In this document: positions 60,973-64,000 of the stretch, piece by piece | Layout: each line of letters begins with the position of its first letter | How positions within the stretch are numbered: the first letter of the stretch is position 1 | NCBI GenBank assembly: GCA_001662655.1 | Contig: KV460211.1 | DNA length: 64,000 nt | Source of the DNA: Pseudogymnoascus verrucosus | Taxonomy: Eukaryota | Direction: 5' to 3' (one strand) | Notes under the pieces: generated by a model | What the model saw: the letters and a program-made list of their open reading frames with translations, nothing else | What the model was told of the DNA's origin: nothing | The model's database searches: none | Made by a program: the position numbers and the translations under genes

Positions 60973-62286
60973 TGTTGCGGTGGTGGTGAGAGGGACCGCG
61001 GGTGGGTTGTGGAGGAGGTTGTGAGAGTTGTATGTGGTGTTGTATATTTCTGGCCTTCAGCTTCAAGGAGTAGTTAACATTTGGTGCAGGGGAAACGGCT
61101 GCTAAGCCGAGGTTAGTTTAGCTTGTTCGGCAATGGAAAAATAAAGTCTCCGGCCGGGGGATCGAAGGATCATGGATCAACGCACGTGCCTTTTCGTTCG
61201 CCGGCGCCGATGCCGATAACGAGATGCAGGCCCTTATCACGAACTTTATCATTTATCAATTCGTTGCACGCATTCCTTTATCTCAAACTCGTCTGTACTA
61301 CACAGTAATAAATTAATATATTACAATTGAGTATGCTATTCATCCCGGTGGCGATACATCTACATCTCACACTCCCATCCTCCGGTCTTGATCTCATCTA
61401 CAACCGCAGATTTCCCGTCGGCCCTTTCGCCCGGTCTGCCGCCTAGAACTGCCAATCCCGCCGATCCCTCCCCATACCCCGTGTTACTGGTCGTGACAAC
61501 CGTCCGCCTTACATCATCACAGCCGGACGGGAATACCAAGAGGGCTCCGTAAAAGAAAAAAAAGAGATAAGCGTAACGTAACAAAAGGCCCGAAAACAGA
61601 AGAAGAAAAATGACATATATATCCCCCTCGGAATCCCCATCCCCCCAATTCCCATAATCCGAATCACAGAATCACATTCCCATACATTCCCATTATCACA
61701 CGCCTCCTACTCCTCCCGACCCCCCAACCCGACCACACCCGCCCCCCAAACCCCCCATTCCCACGCCCTACGCCCCCCACACCACACAACCACCCCACGC
61801 CTACACACTTACCTCGGTCCGCCCCCCGTGCAAACTCTCCGCGATAAAGGCTGTTTATCACCCTTCAGCACAAGCCTCGCCCCAAAACGCCTTCACGTCA
61901 TTGGCGATCTTTGCTCGATTAGTAGCATCTGATTCGTCCCGCGGCACTTGTCAGATCTTAGGCGCGGTATCAGCTGCAGGTCTCTGACCGGGGAAGGTGT
62001 GACGCCGTAGAGCCGCGAAGCCGAGGCTGGTTTTTGGAGATAAGAGGGTGAGAAGGTATATATTTGTACGGTTCTCCGGTTGTTGGATGGGAATTGAAAG
62101 TTGCAGAAGTTGGATCAAATCTTTCAACGGAATCGTCGGTCGTCAAACTTCACCGAACACATAAGTCAAACTTAATCGTCAAACCTCACATCACACCATA
62201 CCAACCACCACGCCACCATCCACAAATCTCACTTCACACTCACACCACCTCACACCATCTCCCATCAACTACCCACCACCGCAAAA

Positions 62287-62508
62287 ATGCCACACAGCTA
62301 CAACACCCGCTCCACCACCCACTCCTCCCCCACCTCCCCCACCTCCTCTCCCAACTCCTCGCCCGCCTCCTTCCTGCCCCCCACCCCACCGCCCTCCCGC
62401 ACGAACGACGCGCTCCCGCTCCTAAGCAGCGCGACGCTATTAGCGGAGGCGGCGAAGAGGGCGCAGATGGCGTGTTTGTTGCGGGATATGGAGGGGTGTG
62501 GGATTTAG
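62287..62508 (+). CDS. Small (73 aa) hypothetical protein
   Basis: Good start context (AAAAATG), Ser/Pro-rich N-terminus, helical C-terminus LLAEAAKRAQMACLLRDMEGCGI, and the same C-to-G skew as real genes here. Confidence 0.55.
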   Translation: MPHSYNTRSTTHSSPTSPTSSPNSSPASFLPPTPPPSRTNDALPLLSSATLLAEAAKRAQMACLLRDMEGCGI

Positions 62509-64000
62509 GAGGGCTGCAGAGTTGAGAGAAGAGAGGGACCACGAAGGACTATTATCGAAGACGTTGAACGAAGAAGAAGAAGAAGTTCGAGAAGGAAGAT
62601 GGACAGACGAAGTTGTCGTTCGTACCGGCGACGGAGCTGAAAGCAGCGCCACTACACTGTCCGTGTCATCGATACGGTTTTGAAGATGGATAGAAGAGGA
62701 ACGGGAATCACAACCCATATCGCAATCGATGGGTTGTTGGCAGGCAGGACTAGCTCTACGGGGATTTGAGTCCCTGATAATGCCGAGCAAGAAGAACGGA
62801 GCCAGCTAGTACAAAGCTGAGTAGGGAATCCAAGTATGAGATCGAAGGGGAAATAGGAGATAGTGCTTGGGGAAGAGGAAAGGGAGGAGGGGGACGAGGG
62901 GAGATAATTTTTAATAATATGTGTATAATATATATAACGATATAAAATAATACTCAACTTCACACCCCAGCCATCACCGTGTCGCCATACCCCAGCGTCA
63001 TCGTAGTGTCTTGAGAAGAAGAAAAAGCGTAGGTCCCACCTAACAATTTCACCCTTATCACCGCGCAAATCAGACACCCCCCCACCCCCCCTTTCCTCCT
63101 GCCAAAAACGACGACTGGAGACCAGGGAGGCCGGGCCAGAGGTCATTGCATTCCCAGGGAAGCTTGAAGAAGAAGCGATTCTCGTTTGTGTAGGAGAGGC
63201 GGTGGGATAGTCTGCCGTTGAGGGGGATGGGGGTGCTGTGGTGGTGGAATTTGTAGTCAGTTGTGAAGTGGATACATTTATCGCATAGATCACGTGGGGT
63301 GGAAGTTAAGGGAGTAGTTTCTAACTTCTTGATATCTGTGGTATTTGACATCTAAGCGGGCTGGCTTTGTTGTGGTAGTTGATGATGGACGGAGTGCACA
63401 TCATAGAGTGAGTATGGCGGTGAGTGAGAACAACCACAGACCAAGCAAGCTCTCGCGCAGATCCGCACCGAGTATACTAAAAATGGCACACACAACACAC
63501 AACACACAACGTTACCTCTGCCCTATACGTAGCTTTCTCCGTGTGCCCTTCGGACCTTTTGTCTCCCTCTAAGAAAGGTATGAAGCTAACAAAGCTCCTT
63601 CTGCTCGCTGAGTCGGGCCGTTGTAGAGCGAGCTTACGTATGGAGGGGAGAAACGTGTTTGTCGTCATCGTGTGTGTTCAGCCACAGTTTACGCCACACA
63701 CGCAACTGACTGTCATCGTTCTTTGTATCAGCCACAATTTGTACCAGCGATTGGGATGGGGAGTGACAGATGACATCGCTTATCGCCGGTAGATCGCTCG
63801 CTCGCTGCCGAGTATTGGAGAACTCGATTACTGTGTAATAAAACACCGTGAGCTGGCTGGCTGATGATCTTCACATCTAAGTCGAAACGATCACATCGCA
63901 CAAACCATAAATAAACAGTGCTCCCTACGCCATAAACCTTCATTTTTCTGCAACTAACCCTACTTACCATCCCATCCATCCCACCCATACCGAGAAATTC

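Noticed and set aside
61360..61910. Possible spliced minus-strand gene (GTAAGT donor at ~61812)
   Set aside because: No consistent reading frame or clear acceptor; might be a non-coding transcript

Overview
Eukaryotic, intron-rich, gene-dense DNA from a filamentous ascomycete (GT-AG introns with CTRAC/CTAAC branch points; Leotiomycete/Pseudogymnoascus-like is an inference only). About 22 protein-coding loci, mostly housekeeping: COPI epsilon (3' part), a frameshifted HsbA-type secreted protein, HAD phosphatase, PSD2, NsdD/SUB-1 GATA factor with a ~9 kb upstream desert, GSH1, a caspase-like+C2H2 fusion, an 11-knuckle CCHC protein, TFB5, an isochorismatase-AlkB-GST fusion, dienoyl-CoA isomerase, an XRCC2-like paralog with a GC-AG intron, SOM1, TAF8, COX9, RACK1/CPC2 with intronic U24 snoRNA, SRAP/HMCES, IES4, LTP1, RanBPM/GID1, SAM35. 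The two most unusual non-coding structures are (1) a ~1.5 kb array of seven spaced palindromes (GCGCA-N24-TGCGC, constant spacing, co-varying arms, often preceded by CGGTGAGGGGCGGCAA) between the convergent GSH1 and C2H2 genes, and (2) a ~24-unit conserved-core/variable-spacer array filling a 605-nt intron of the SRAP/HMCES gene. All family assignments are from motif recognition by eye; no searches were run.
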